A DNA stretch of 64,000 nt from Myxococcota bacterium (lineage in GTDB: Bacteria > Myxococcota_A > Polyangia > Polyangiales > Ga0077539): positions 1,320 to 65,319 of the forward strand of contig JBPOHC010000034.1 of assembly GCA_052035985.1 (NCBI GenBank), given 5' to 3'. Shown here one piece after another: positions 20,277-29,632 of this stretch. Under the pieces are notes generated by a model. It was given only the letters and a program-made list of their open reading frames with translations. It did no database searches and was not told the DNA's origin. A program made the translations under genes and the position numbers. Within the stretch, counting starts at the first letter, position 1, and each line of letters begins with the position of its first letter.

Positions 20277-21191
20277 TCAGCCCGGCGCGGAGTCCTTCGG
20301 GAGCCCGCGCAGCGCCTCCGCGATCGCGGCCGAGAGCGCCGCGGGAGAGCGGCTCACGCCGAGCGTCGAGAGCGCGCGGTCGAGGGCGTCTCGCATGTCC
20401 TTCGCGGAGGCGAAGCGGTCGTCGGCGTGGCGAGCGAGCGCCGCGCGCACCACGAGGTCGAGCTCCGACGGATAGCCCGCGACGTCGCGCGCGGGTGACG
20501 GCGTGGGCCCGTCGACCACGGCGGCCATCACGCGCATCGCGGAGCCCTCGTAGAGCCGCGCGCCCGCGGTGAGCTCGTAGAGGATCACCCCCGCGGCCCA
20601 GAGGTCGCTGCGCGCGTCGGCCTCGCGCTCGCCGGTGATGACCTCGGGCGCCATGTAGCCGCGCGTGCCCTTCATGCGTCCGCGGTCGGGGTCGGGGCGC
20701 CACGCGCTCGTCGCGATGCCGAAATCGACGAGCGTGACCGTGCCCTCTCGCGCCGCGATGAGGTTCGCGGGACACACGTCGCGGTGCACGATCGAGAGCG
20801 GCCTGCCCTCGGCGTCGACGCGCGTGTGCACGTGATCGAGCGCGGAGAGGAGCTGCGCCACCACCTCGCACGAGGCCGCGAGCGGCATCGGCGCGCGCAT
20901 CGCGGGGGTGAGCTCCGAGAGCGCCACGCCGGGCGCGCAGACCTGCACGAACTCCCACGTCTCAGCGACCCGCGCGGGGCCTTCGAGGACGCTCGCGACG
21001 CCCGGGTGCGACAGCGCCGAGAGCACCCGCGCCTCGTGACGGAACATCTCGACGCACGACTCCTCGCTCGCGAGGTGACGGTGCAGGCGCTTGATCACCG
21101 CGAAGCCGCCGCCCTCGTCGCGCGCGAGCAGCGCCTCGCTGAGCGCGCCCACGCCGAGGCTCCGAACGATCGTGTACCGCGGCGATGACAT
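20277..21191 (-). CDS. Ser/Thr protein kinase (kinase domain only)
   Basis: ATG 21191 (MSSPRYTIV..). It has GVGALSEA, FAVIKRL (Lys), HRDVCPANLI, DFGIA and GTRGYMAPE. Confidence 0.85.
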   Translation of the reverse strand: MSSPRYTIVRSLGVGALSEALLARDEGGGFAVIKRLHRHLASEESCVEMFRHEARVLSALSHPGVASVLEGPARVAETWEFVQVCAPGVALSELTPAMRAPMPLAASCEVVAQLLSALDHVHTRVDAEGRPLSIVHRDVCPANLIAAREGTVTLVDFGIATSAWRPDPDRGRMKGTRGYMAPEVITGEREADARSDLWAAGVILYELTAGARLYEGSAMRVMAAVVDGPTPSPARDVAGYPSELDLVVRAALARHADDRFASAKDMRDALDRALSTLGVSRSPAALSAAIAEALRGLPKDSAPG

Positions 21192-21301
21192 GGCCCGTGG
21201 AGTCACTATATCCTCCCGAGGCCCTCGTGCGGAGCGTGTTGCGCCACTCAACGCGCGCGCTCCCTTTGCCTCATCTCCTCCCGTCAAACCGTCGAGGCCA
21301 C

Positions 21302-22957
21302 GTGCGAACGCCTTCCCTCCTTGCGCTGCTTCTCGCCGCGAGCTGTGGCTCCTCCACCATCACGCCTTCATCCCCCGCGGACAGCGGCGTCGACCAGGTC
21401 ACGCCCGATGTGATCGTCACGCCCGACGTGGTCGTCGCGCCCGACGTGGTCGTCACGCCCGACGTGATCGTCACGCCCGACGTGGTCGTCACGCCCGACG
21501 TGCCGACGCCCACCGGGATGCTGCCCGTCGGCGCCGCGTGCGAGCGCGACGCGCAGTGCGCCTCGGGCCTCTGCGCGAACAGCCCGGGCCTGGCGAGGGA
21601 GTGCGTGCAGGGCTGCGCGCGCAACGAGGACTGCTTTCCGCTCGGGGTGACGTTCAACTGCGCGCTCGACCGCTCGGGCGGAGGGCGTTGGGTCTGCGCC
21701 TCGGTGCAGCGCGCGGGCGAAGACCCCGGCAACGCGTGCATGGTCGACGCCGACTGCTTCTCGAACGTGTGCCTCGAAGGCCGCTGCCACAACGCCTGCG
21801 CCTCCGACGCCGACTGCACCGCGGGCTGGCGCTGCACGCCCTTCTCGCTCACGGGCGGACGCAGCCGCTACTGCGGTCACGCGCCCATTACGGGGGTCAC
21901 CGTCGAGTCGTACACGCTCTTCGACGACACCAACCCCGTCGATCGCAGCATCGACCCGTCGCGGCTCATCACGGCGCCCGACACGGTCTCGATCATGTGG
22001 AGCACGCGCGACATGGAGGCGTCGAACCTCTACGCCGCGATCACGCGCGTCGAGGCCCCCGACGCGACGGTGCCCGTCGACCTGCGCACGTGGTCGGTGG
22101 TGCGAGACCAGCCGATCCGCACGATGCCCGCGCGCTTTCAGTTCAACACCGCGATGCTCCCGTCGCGCGACATGCAGCGGGTGCTGCCCGGCGCGTACAC
22201 GTCGATGCACGCGCTCCTCAACGACCGCACGAGCGGCGTCGACACGCGACGGATGCGCGCGATGGTGCAGGTCAAGCGCGCGCCCGGCGGCGTGATCCGC
22301 GGGGGCACGGTGCTCCTCCGCGTGTGGTTCATCGGGACGCGCGGGATCTCCGCGGCGACGGCGCCGACGAACGCGCGCTTCCTCGCGGCCGTCACCGAGA
22401 TGCGGCGGATCTACGCGACGGCGGGGGTCAACCTCACGCTCCTCGGGTACCTCGACGCCGACGCCGCCACCGCCACGCGCTACTCGGTCATCGACAGCAC
22501 CCAGGAGCTGCGCGAGCTCTTCGCCTCCACGGGCAGCAACCCCGACCCCGTGCTCAACCTCATGTTCGTGCGCGGCATCTCGTCGAGCGCGGGCCTCGAG
22601 AACGCCGTCGGCGTCGCGGGCACCATCGGCGGCCCCGCGGGCGTCAACGGCACCTTCGCCTCGGGCGTCGTCATCGGGTGGGAGACCACCATGGGCGGCA
22701 GGACCGACATCCTCCCGCAGGTGATGGCCCACGAGTGCGGCCACTACCTCGGGCTGTGGCACCCCGTCGAACAGCTCGCCGGGTGCACCGCCGCGACGCA
22801 GTCGATGTGCTCTCCCTTCGGCGGCGTCGACGCGATCACGGACACGCCCACGGGCGCCACGGCCACATCAAACCTCATGTACTGGCAGGCGCAGGGCGGC
22901 TCGGCGCTCACCGCGGGTCAGGCCGGCGTGATGCGCGGCCACATGCTGGTGCGATGA
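21302..22957 (+). CDS. Metzincin zinc-metalloprotease lipoprotein (M43/pappalysin-like)
   Basis: GTG 21302 gives (M)RTPSLLALLLAASC (lipobox), followed by a [IV]VTPDV linker. It has AHECGHYLGLWHP (HExxHxxGxxH) and a downstream NLMYW Met-turn-like motif. Confidence 0.75.
   Translation: MRTPSLLALLLAASCGSSTITPSSPADSGVDQVTPDVIVTPDVVVAPDVVVTPDVIVTPDVVVTPDVPTPTGMLPVGAACERDAQCASGLCANSPGLARECVQGCARNEDCFPLGVTFNCALDRSGGGRWVCASVQRAGEDPGNACMVDADCFSNVCLEGRCHNACASDADCTAGWRCTPFSLTGGRSRYCGHAPITGVTVESYTLFDDTNPVDRSIDPSRLITAPDTVSIMWSTRDMEASNLYAAITRVEAPDATVPVDLRTWSVVRDQPIRTMPARFQFNTAMLPSRDMQRVLPGAYTSMHALLNDRTSGVDTRRMRAMVQVKRAPGGVIRGGTVLLRVWFIGTRGISAATAPTNARFLAAVTEMRRIYATAGVNLTLLGYLDADAATATRYSVIDSTQELRELFASTGSNPDPVLNLMFVRGISSSAGLENAVGVAGTIGGPAGVNGTFASGVVIGWETTMGGRTDILPQVMAHECGHYLGLWHPVEQLAGCTAATQSMCSPFGGVDAITDTPTGATATSNLMYWQAQGGSALTAGQAGVMRGHMLVR
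21398..21502 (+). repeat. 18-bp tandem repeat (about 5.8 units) encoding [IV]VTPDV
   Basis: gtcacgcccgatgtg followed by 5 x (a/g)tcgtc(a/g)cgcccgacgtg. It is in-frame within the protease linker. Confidence 0.9.
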
Positions 22958-23814
22958 TGGGACTCCTCGACGGCAAGGTCGCGATCATCACGGGCGCGGG
23001 CGGCGGCATCGGGCGCGCCGAGGCGCTGCTCTTCGCGCGTGAGGGTGCGCGCGTCGTGGTCAACGATGTCGGCGCTTCACGCGACGGCGCGGGCGCTTCG
23101 AATGAGCCCGCGGACCGCGTGGTCGACGAGATCCGCGCGGCGGGCGGAGAGGCCGTCGCGAGCCATGACACGGTGGCGACGGCGGAGGGCGCGCGCGCGA
23201 TCGTGGCCTGCGCGGTGACGACCTTCGGCGGCGTCGACGTGGTGGTCAACAACGCGGGAGCGCTGCGAGACAAGAGCTTCCTCAAGACCGCGGACGACGA
23301 CTTCGAGGCGCTGATGGCGGTGATCGCGCGGGGGACCTTTCACGTCTCGCAGGCGGCCGCGCGGCGGATGGTCGATCAGCGCCGCGGCGGACGCGTCGTG
23401 AACACCACGGCGACGGCGGGGCTCGTGGGCAACCTCGGGCAGTCGGCCTACTCCGCGGCCTGCGCGGCGGTGTACGGGCTCACGCGCTCCCTCGCGATCG
23501 AGATGAAGAAGCACGCGATCACGGTCAACGCGCTCGCCCCCGTGGCGCGCACGCGCATGACCGACGACCTGCCGATGTTCACCTCGATCGGAGACGACAC
23601 GCTCGGCCCCGCGTTCGTCGCGCCCGCCGCGCTCTTTCTGGCCTCGTCGCTCTGCGGCGACCTCACGGGCGAGGTGCTCGCCGTCGCGGGAAACAAGCTC
23701 TCGACGTGGAGGATGGCCGAGAGCCGCGGCGTCGTGGGCGACGATCCGCGGACCCCGTGGACGGCCGAAGACATCCGCGCGAAGTGGTTCGCGCTGAGTC
23801 GTTCGGTGGGTTGA
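22954..23814 (+). CDS. Short-chain dehydrogenase/reductase (3-hydroxyacyl-CoA dehydrogenase-like)
   Basis: MMGLLDGKVAIITGAGGGIGRAEALLFAREGARVVVNDVG carries TGxxxGxG, and YSAACAAVYGLTRS carries the YxxxK-region. The start ATG overlaps the protease stop (ATGA, 4-nt overlap). Only the last 286 aa of track ORF 21091..23814 are real. Confidence 0.85.
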   Translation: MMGLLDGKVAIITGAGGGIGRAEALLFAREGARVVVNDVGASRDGAGASNEPADRVVDEIRAAGGEAVASHDTVATAEGARAIVACAVTTFGGVDVVVNNAGALRDKSFLKTADDDFEALMAVIARGTFHVSQAAARRMVDQRRGGRVVNTTATAGLVGNLGQSAYSAACAAVYGLTRSLAIEMKKHAITVNALAPVARTRMTDDLPMFTSIGDDTLGPAFVAPAALFLASSLCGDLTGEVLAVAGNKLSTWRMAESRGVVGDDPRTPWTAEDIRAKWFALSRSVG

Positions 23815-23859
23815 GAATGTGGTGTGAGAGGTGAAGCGAACGAGCGGAGGAACTGAGGA

Positions 23860-24027
23860 TCAGAGATCGATGATGGTGACCCCACGGTCGTCGTCATCAC
23901 GCTTTGGAGACTGGCTCGGCGGCGGGATGTGAATGGGGAGCGGGAGCTCCACCTGGGGCTGCTCATAACGCCGTCGCTGCTCGTTCTCGCGGCGACGGAT
24001 CTCCTCGATGATGTACGGAGGGAGCAT
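23860..24027 (-). CDS. Small highly charged hypothetical protein (55 aa)
   Basis: MLPPYIIEEIRRRENEQRRRYEQPQVELPLPIHIPPPSQSPKRDDDDRGVTIIDL. A GGAGG SD sits 8 nt upstream of ATG 24027. I recognise no family. Confidence 0.4.
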   Translation of the reverse strand: MLPPYIIEEIRRRENEQRRRYEQPQVELPLPIHIPPPSQSPKRDDDDRGVTIIDL

Positions 24028-24193
24028 CGGCAGCACCTCCAGGCGGTGGTTTGTGGGACCGGGCGGAGTTCGATCGGAATATAGCAACGCAGGTGCCACG
24101 GGCAAGAGTCCAGCGCGGCCCTCGACGACTCTCTTTCGTCGCGCGAGGACCTTCGCCCTTCTGCAACCTTCTACGGCCGATCGGGGAACGACC

Positions 24194-25453
24194 TTGAAGG
24201 CGCTTCGCGCTTCGGCCTTCGCGCGCTATCGGATCGCGCTCTTCGGGCTCCTCGTCGCGCTCGCGCTCCCTCGCCCGGCTGCGGCCCAGACCGACTACGA
24301 CCCGCGGAGCATGGAGTGGAACGGCACCTCCGAGCTCCTGCGCATCGCGACCGAGGCCGACATCGATGTCAGGCCGGTGCGCACGCTCGACTGGGACGCC
24401 CTCCGCCCCGGCGAGGCCGTGCTGGTGCTCTATCCCAAGCATCCCCTCGGCGTGGTCGACCTCTCGGCCTTCCTCGACGACGGCGGCCGCGTCGCGTGGT
24501 TCGACGACTTCGGCGCGTCGGAGCAGTTCTTCGACTGGTTCCAGTTTCGCCGCGAGACGCGCGTTCGGGCGACGCCGCGGACGCCCGAGCTGCCCGAGCT
24601 CCTGCTCGCCCGTCCCCGCTCGGCCCACATGCTCACCGACGGCGTCGACGTGCTCGTGACCAACATCCCCGTCGCGCTCACGCACCCGCGGCTCTCGCCC
24701 GTGTTCGACTTTCCCCCTGACGGACAGGGCTTCGTGCTCGTGGGCCAGATCGGCCGGGGCAAGCTCGTCGTGGGCGGCGACCCCTCGCTCATGCTCAACA
24801 CCATGATGCGCTTCGCGGGCAACCGGGCCTTCGCGAAGAACCTCCTGACCTTCCTCGACGGCGGCAACCGCGGGCCCGTGTACCTCGTTTGGGGCGACGC
24901 GCAGCCCCGCGGCACCTACCGCGGACGCAACCGCCCGCGCACGCCCATCCGCGGCGCCGTGAACACCCTCAACGACTCGCTCACGGCGCTCTCTCACGCC
25001 CTCTCCGCACCCCTTGTTTTGAGACCTTTCGCGATGCTCCTCTGCCTCGGCGCGGCCTGCGTGATGGCGGCCCTCACCTGGGGCCGAAAGCCGAGCGAGC
25101 GCTACGGTCCTCGCGGCCCCGTGGGCACCGCCGCGGGCATCGCCGAGCGCGTGTCGCTCTACACCGCGGAGCGCGTGAACCTGCTCATCCCAGCGCTGCG
25201 CGCGCGACGGTACTTCGAACAGTCGCTCCTGCGATCGCTCGGGGCGCGCGCGTCGACCGACGTGCGGGCCGCTGTCGACCGGGCCTCCGATCGACTTGAT
25301 GCGACGCGAAAGGCCGAGGTCCGCGCGGTGCTCTCAGAGCTCGATGCGATCGCGAGCGCAGCGGAAGACGCCGCGCCGCCGAGGGTCACGCCCGCGCGCT
25401 TTCTGTCGCTCTGGCGGAGGATTGATGCGATCCTCCGCGCCGTCTCAAGCTGA
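24194..25453 (+). CDS. DUF4350-like exported protein, first gene of the MoxR cluster
   Basis: TTG 24194 gives (M)KALRASAFARYRIALFGLLVALALPRPAAAQ. It has a late TM span (LRPFAMLLCLGAACVMAAL) and sits immediately before MoxR/DUF58, as in Bat-like operons. The start is uncertain. Confidence 0.55.
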   Translation: MKALRASAFARYRIALFGLLVALALPRPAAAQTDYDPRSMEWNGTSELLRIATEADIDVRPVRTLDWDALRPGEAVLVLYPKHPLGVVDLSAFLDDGGRVAWFDDFGASEQFFDWFQFRRETRVRATPRTPELPELLLARPRSAHMLTDGVDVLVTNIPVALTHPRLSPVFDFPPDGQGFVLVGQIGRGKLVVGGDPSLMLNTMMRFAGNRAFAKNLLTFLDGGNRGPVYLVWGDAQPRGTYRGRNRPRTPIRGAVNTLNDSLTALSHALSAPLVLRPFAMLLCLGAACVMAALTWGRKPSERYGPRGPVGTAAGIAERVSLYTAERVNLLIPALRARRYFEQSLLRSLGARASTDVRAAVDRASDRLDATRKAEVRAVLSELDAIASAAEDAAPPRVTPARFLSLWRRIDAILRAVSS

Positions 25454-26510
25454 AGAGGTCGTCTTTTCGATGGTGCAAGCGCACAACCCCGGCGGCGCGG
25501 AGGATCGCGCCGTTCTCGCACAGCGCGCGCAGGCCCTCTCGCGCGCCGTCCTCGACGAGGTGGGGCGGTCGTTCGTCGGCCACGCGGAGATCCCCGAGCT
25601 CATCCTCACGGCGCTCCTCGCGCGCGGGCATTGCCTCCTCGAAGGCGTCCCCGGCGTCGCGAAGACCACGCTCATCAAGGCCGTCGCGGGGGCCATCGGC
25701 GGGTCGTTCAAGCGCATCCAGTTCACGCCCGACCTCCTCCCGAGCGACATCACGGGCACCTACGTGCTCTCGCAGCGCGACGGCGCGTTCACCCTGCGCC
25801 ACGGGCCGATCTTCTCGCACGTCGTCCTCGGCGACGAGATCAACCGCGCGCCCGCCAAGACCCAGAGCGCCCTGCTCGAAGCCATGCAGGAGCACCAGGT
25901 CACCATCGACGGCGAGACGCACCGCCTCGCGGCGCCCTTCTTCGTGCTCGCCACGCAGAACCCCATCGAGCAGGAGGGCACCTATCCCCTCCCCGAGGCG
26001 CAGGTCGACCGCTTCCTCATGCGCATCGTGGTGCCGTACCCGAGCGCCGAAGACGAGATCCGCATCCTGCGCACCTACGCCGCGAAGCCCCCGGAGCCGC
26101 GCGCCGTGTGCTCGCTCGAGAACATCCTCTGGCTCCAGCAGATCGCGGGCGACGTGCACGTCGACGACGAGGTCTACGCCTACGCCGTCGCGCTCGCGCA
26201 GTACACCCGCTCGCACCCGCGCATCGCGCTCGGGGCCTCTCCGCGCGCCTCGCTCGGCCTCGTGCTCGCGGCGCGCGCCGCCGCGGTGATCGCGGGGCGG
26301 ACGTTCGTGACCCCCGACGACCTCAAGCGCGTCGCGCCCCACGTGCTCGCGCACCGGCTCATCGTGACCGCCGAGGCCGAGAGCGAAGGGACCTCGCGCG
26401 AAGCCCTGCTCGAAGAGGCCCTCGCGAGGGTTCCGTACCGCCGCGCCGACGCGAGGCCCGACCTGCACACGCACGGCGCCGTGACCTCGCTCGCCGAGGG
26501 CTCGCGGTAA
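25425..26510 (+). CDS. MoxR-family AAA+ ATPase
   Basis: LLEGVPGVAKTTL (Walker A), VVLGDEINRAPAKTQSALLEAMQE (Walker B/AAA_3) and LATQNPIEQEGTYPLPEAQVDRF. An alternative start at ATG 25470 would avoid the 29-nt overlap. Confidence 0.9.
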   Translation: MRSSAPSQAEEVVFSMVQAHNPGGAEDRAVLAQRAQALSRAVLDEVGRSFVGHAEIPELILTALLARGHCLLEGVPGVAKTTLIKAVAGAIGGSFKRIQFTPDLLPSDITGTYVLSQRDGAFTLRHGPIFSHVVLGDEINRAPAKTQSALLEAMQEHQVTIDGETHRLAAPFFVLATQNPIEQEGTYPLPEAQVDRFLMRIVVPYPSAEDEIRILRTYAAKPPEPRAVCSLENILWLQQIAGDVHVDDEVYAYAVALAQYTRSHPRIALGASPRASLGLVLAARAAAVIAGRTFVTPDDLKRVAPHVLAHRLIVTAEAESEGTSREALLEEALARVPYRRADARPDLHTHGAVTSLAEGSR

Positions 26511-26523
26511 GAGGAACCACCCG

Positions 26524-28149
26524 TTGCCCTCGCTGAGCTACGCCGGACGAATGGCCTTCATCGGCGCCGTCGGGCTCTCGCTCGGGGGGCTCCTCGGAGG
26601 CGTCGCGCCCGTGGCGCTCGCGGGCAGCGCGGCCCTCACGGGGATCGCGTTCGCGTGGGTGCTCACCGTCCCTCTGCCGCGACGTATGCGCCGCGAGCGG
26701 CTGGAGTTCACCTGGTGGATGCCGCTGCCTCCGGGCGGAGTTCGTCGGCCCGATGAGCCCGTCACGCTCCGCGTCGCGCTGCGCAATCCCACCGACGAAG
26801 AGCTCGTGCTCGGCACCGCGCGCCTCGCGCTCTCTCCGGGTCTTCGTCACACGCGATGGAAGGGCGGACGCGTCGCGGTCGCGCCTCGCTCTATCGCTAC
26901 GTTCGATCTCATCGTGCGGCCCGCGCACGCGGGCAGGCACGTGCTCCACGGCGCGTGGATGACCCTCTCGGGGCCCCTCGGGATCGCGTGGGCACCGCTG
27001 TACTTTCCGAACCCGCTGGTGATGGAGGTGCAGCCTCGCGCGTACGGCGGATCGGCGCACGCGCGCGCTCGTCCGACGCCCGAGAAGGCCCCAGCGCTTC
27101 GCTCTGGCAGAGCCGAACGCCGCGCGGGAGAGGGCCCCGAGATCCGCGAGCTCAGGGACTATCAGCACGGCGACCCCATGCGCCGCATCGCGTGGGCCGC
27201 GAGCGCGCGGCGCGCGAAGCTCCTCGTGCGCGAGACCGAAGACGAGTCGCAGACCACGCGCGTGCTCATCGTCGACGCCTCGGCCACGATGCGCGGCGAC
27301 GACCGCGGCGCTTCGAAGATCGACTACGCCATCGAGCTCGCGGCCCAGTGCGCGCGCCTCGCGGCCTCGTCGGGTGACCGCCTCGGCTTCGTGGCCTTCG
27401 ACCGCCGCGTGGTGGCGCGCGTCGACCCCGGCGACGGACCGGCCCACATGCGACAGGTCGTGGCCGCCGCCGTCGAGCTGCGCGCGCTCGTCGACGAGGA
27501 CCTCACCGACGTCGACGAGGATCAGCTCCTCGAGACCGTCGCCCGGTATTTTCGCGAGCAGGAGGGCGTCGACGTCTTTCGTGACGCGAGCGCCGCCGAC
27601 GGGCGACACAAGCTCGCGCGCATGGTCGCGAAGGCCATCGAGCACGACCCCTCGGCGCGCATCCCGGTGCTCGCGAAGGACCCGCTGCACCGCCTGTGGC
27701 GATCGTTCTGTCGCGCGAGGGCGATTCCGCTGCCGCTCAAGCACGACCCCGATGGGGCCGCGAAGGCTGCGGGACTCGCGCTCGCGATCAGGGCCGCGAT
27801 CGAGCGCTCCCGCGAGGCGCGCACGCTGCTGGTCGTGAGCGACCTCGACGCGATCGGCGACTTCGCGCCCGTGAAGCAGAGCCTCGGCCTCGCGAAGCAG
27901 AAGCACCACAGGGTCACCTTCGTGGCGCCCGCGGGCCCCGATTTCGCGGGGAAGGCGCCCGCGCAGCCCGCGCCCGACGAGCGCGAGCGGCGCGACGCCG
28001 TGGTGAGCCTCTTCACCGGCGAGGAGCGCCTGCGGATCGACGAGATGCGCCAGAAGCTCGCGTCCGTCGGCGTCGGGCTCTACACGGCCTCGCCGCGAGA
28101 CCCCGCGGCCCGCTGGATCCGCCGCGCCGCAGCGCCGCGCGCACGCTGA
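26524..28149 (+). CDS. DUF58 (vWA-like) protein
   Basis: N-terminal TM pair, the hallmark RELRDYQHGDPMRRIAWAASARRAKLLVRETEDE, and then RVLIVDASATM, a vWA-like segment. Confidence 0.8.
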   Translation: MPSLSYAGRMAFIGAVGLSLGGLLGGVAPVALAGSAALTGIAFAWVLTVPLPRRMRRERLEFTWWMPLPPGGVRRPDEPVTLRVALRNPTDEELVLGTARLALSPGLRHTRWKGGRVAVAPRSIATFDLIVRPAHAGRHVLHGAWMTLSGPLGIAWAPLYFPNPLVMEVQPRAYGGSAHARARPTPEKAPALRSGRAERRAGEGPEIRELRDYQHGDPMRRIAWAASARRAKLLVRETEDESQTTRVLIVDASATMRGDDRGASKIDYAIELAAQCARLAASSGDRLGFVAFDRRVVARVDPGDGPAHMRQVVAAAVELRALVDEDLTDVDEDQLLETVARYFREQEGVDVFRDASAADGRHKLARMVAKAIEHDPSARIPVLAKDPLHRLWRSFCRARAIPLPLKHDPDGAAKAAGLALAIRAAIERSREARTLLVVSDLDAIGDFAPVKQSLGLAKQKHHRVTFVAPAGPDFAGKAPAQPAPDERERRDAVVSLFTGEERLRIDEMRQKLASVGVGLYTASPRDPAARWIRRAAAPRAR

Positions 28150-28159
28150 GAACCACCCC

Positions 28160-29002
28160 ATGACCGACACACCCGACGACGGATTCGAAGACCCGCGGAG
28201 GTTCCTCTCGCGCCACGGGCTGCGCCCCAAGGACAGCTTCGGTCAGTGCTTTCTCATCGCGCCGCCCATCGCGCGCGCCATCGTCGACGCCGTCGATCCG
28301 CGCGCGGACGAGACCGTGATCGAGGTGGGCACCGGGCCCGGCACGCTCGCGAAGATGATCGCGCCGCGCGCGCGACGGGTCATCGCCATCGAGCGCGACC
28401 GAGACCTCGTGCGCGCGCTCTCGCAGGAGCAGCTCCCGCCCAACATCGAGATCGTCGAGGCCGACGCGGCGACGTGGGACTACAACTCCGTCGAGGGCCC
28501 GCGCGCCATCGTGGGGAACCTCCCGTATCAGATCACCGGGCGACTTCTGCGGGTGATCCAGGCGCCGCCGATCCGCTGGAGGGTCGCGGTGGTGATGGTG
28601 CAGCTCGAGGTCGCGAAGCGGCTCGTGGCCTCGCCCAATGATGACGATTGGGGCGCGCTCTCGGTCTTCGCGCAGGCCGGGTGCGACGTCACGAAGGTCT
28701 GCGCCGCGTCGCCGGGGTGCTTCCACCCCGCGCCGCGCGTTCACTCGATGGTGGTCAAGCTCACGCCGAGGGCGACGCCCCGCGCCGTCGAGACGAAGAC
28801 CTTTCAAGACCTCGTGCACGCGCTCTTCGCGGCGCGTCGAAAGACCTTGAAAAATGGGCTCTCGGGGCTCATCCCGAGGGAGCGCGCGGCGGCGGTCTGT
28901 GAGGTCGCGAAGGTCGATCCGGGGGCGCGCCCCGAGACCCTCAAGGTCGAGGAGCTCGGCGCGCTCGCGGCGGCGATCGACGAGGAGCGCCGCGCGCGCT
29001 GA
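28160..29002 (+). CDS. rsmA: 16S rRNA (adenine1518/1519-N6)-dimethyltransferase
   Basis: ..GQCFLIAPPIARAIVDA..VIEVGTGPGTLA..GNLPYQIT.. is a KsgA/RsmA signature. Confidence 0.9.
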   Translation: MTDTPDDGFEDPRRFLSRHGLRPKDSFGQCFLIAPPIARAIVDAVDPRADETVIEVGTGPGTLAKMIAPRARRVIAIERDRDLVRALSQEQLPPNIEIVEADAATWDYNSVEGPRAIVGNLPYQITGRLLRVIQAPPIRWRVAVVMVQLEVAKRLVASPNDDDWGALSVFAQAGCDVTKVCAASPGCFHPAPRVHSMVVKLTPRATPRAVETKTFQDLVHALFAARRKTLKNGLSGLIPRERAAAVCEVAKVDPGARPETLKVEELGALAAAIDEERRAR

Positions 29003-29024
29003 GACGGTGCGTTGAGACGGTGCG

Positions 29025-29531
29025 CTACTCGTTGTTGTCGCCCGGCGGAGGCGGAGGATGCGACGGGCGAGTATCGTCAGACGAGCGGATCGTGAGCACG
29101 GGGACGGGCGAGCGGCGGACGATGTCCTCCGCGACGCTGCCGATGAGCAGGTGGCGGAGGCCCTTGCGGCCGTTGGTGCCCATCACGATCATGTCGGCGC
29201 CGAGGGACTTCGCGTGTTCGAGGAGCACCTCGCGCACGTCGCCGACCTCGATCACGCCGCGGGCCTTGACGTGCACGAGGTCGAGCTCCGCGAGGAGGGC
29301 GTTGAGCCGACGGTCGGCGGCCTCGCGGACGTACTCCATGATGGGCATCGGAGGGCCCTCGGGGTCGAGGCGCACGAGGGTTTGCGGCGGGAGGTTCAGC
29401 GGGGCCTCGATCGCGTGGACCAGCACGATCTCGGAGCCGAAGCGTTCGGCGAGCGCCGCAGCGTATTTGAGACCGCGCCGCGAACACTCGGAGAAGTCCA
29501 TCGGCACCACGATTCGTTGGATCTGGATCAT
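29025..29531 (-). CDS. Universal stress protein (ATP-binding UspA type)
   Basis: MIQIQRIVVPMDFSECSRRGLKYAAALA.. The Gx2Gx9GS motif is present (GTNGRKGLRHLLIGSV). Confidence 0.85.
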   Translation of the reverse strand: MIQIQRIVVPMDFSECSRRGLKYAAALAERFGSEIVLVHAIEAPLNLPPQTLVRLDPEGPPMPIMEYVREAADRRLNALLAELDLVHVKARGVIEVGDVREVLLEHAKSLGADMIVMGTNGRKGLRHLLIGSVAEDIVRRSPVPVLTIRSSDDTRPSHPPPPPGDNNE

Positions 29532-29632
29532 CAGCTCATCGGCTCCTTCTCGGGCATTGTCGAGCGAAGTCCGCTCCAGTGGAAGCCCCTCTTGGTTTCA
29601 CGGCGGGTTGTACCAGAGAATGCGCCGCAGCC

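Noticed and set aside
21091-23814. 907-aa + strand ORF, read as one giant protein
   Set aside because: Only its last 286 aa form a real protein, the SDR starting at 22954. The upstream 620 codons are an Arg-rich out-of-frame read-through of the protease gene 21302..22957.
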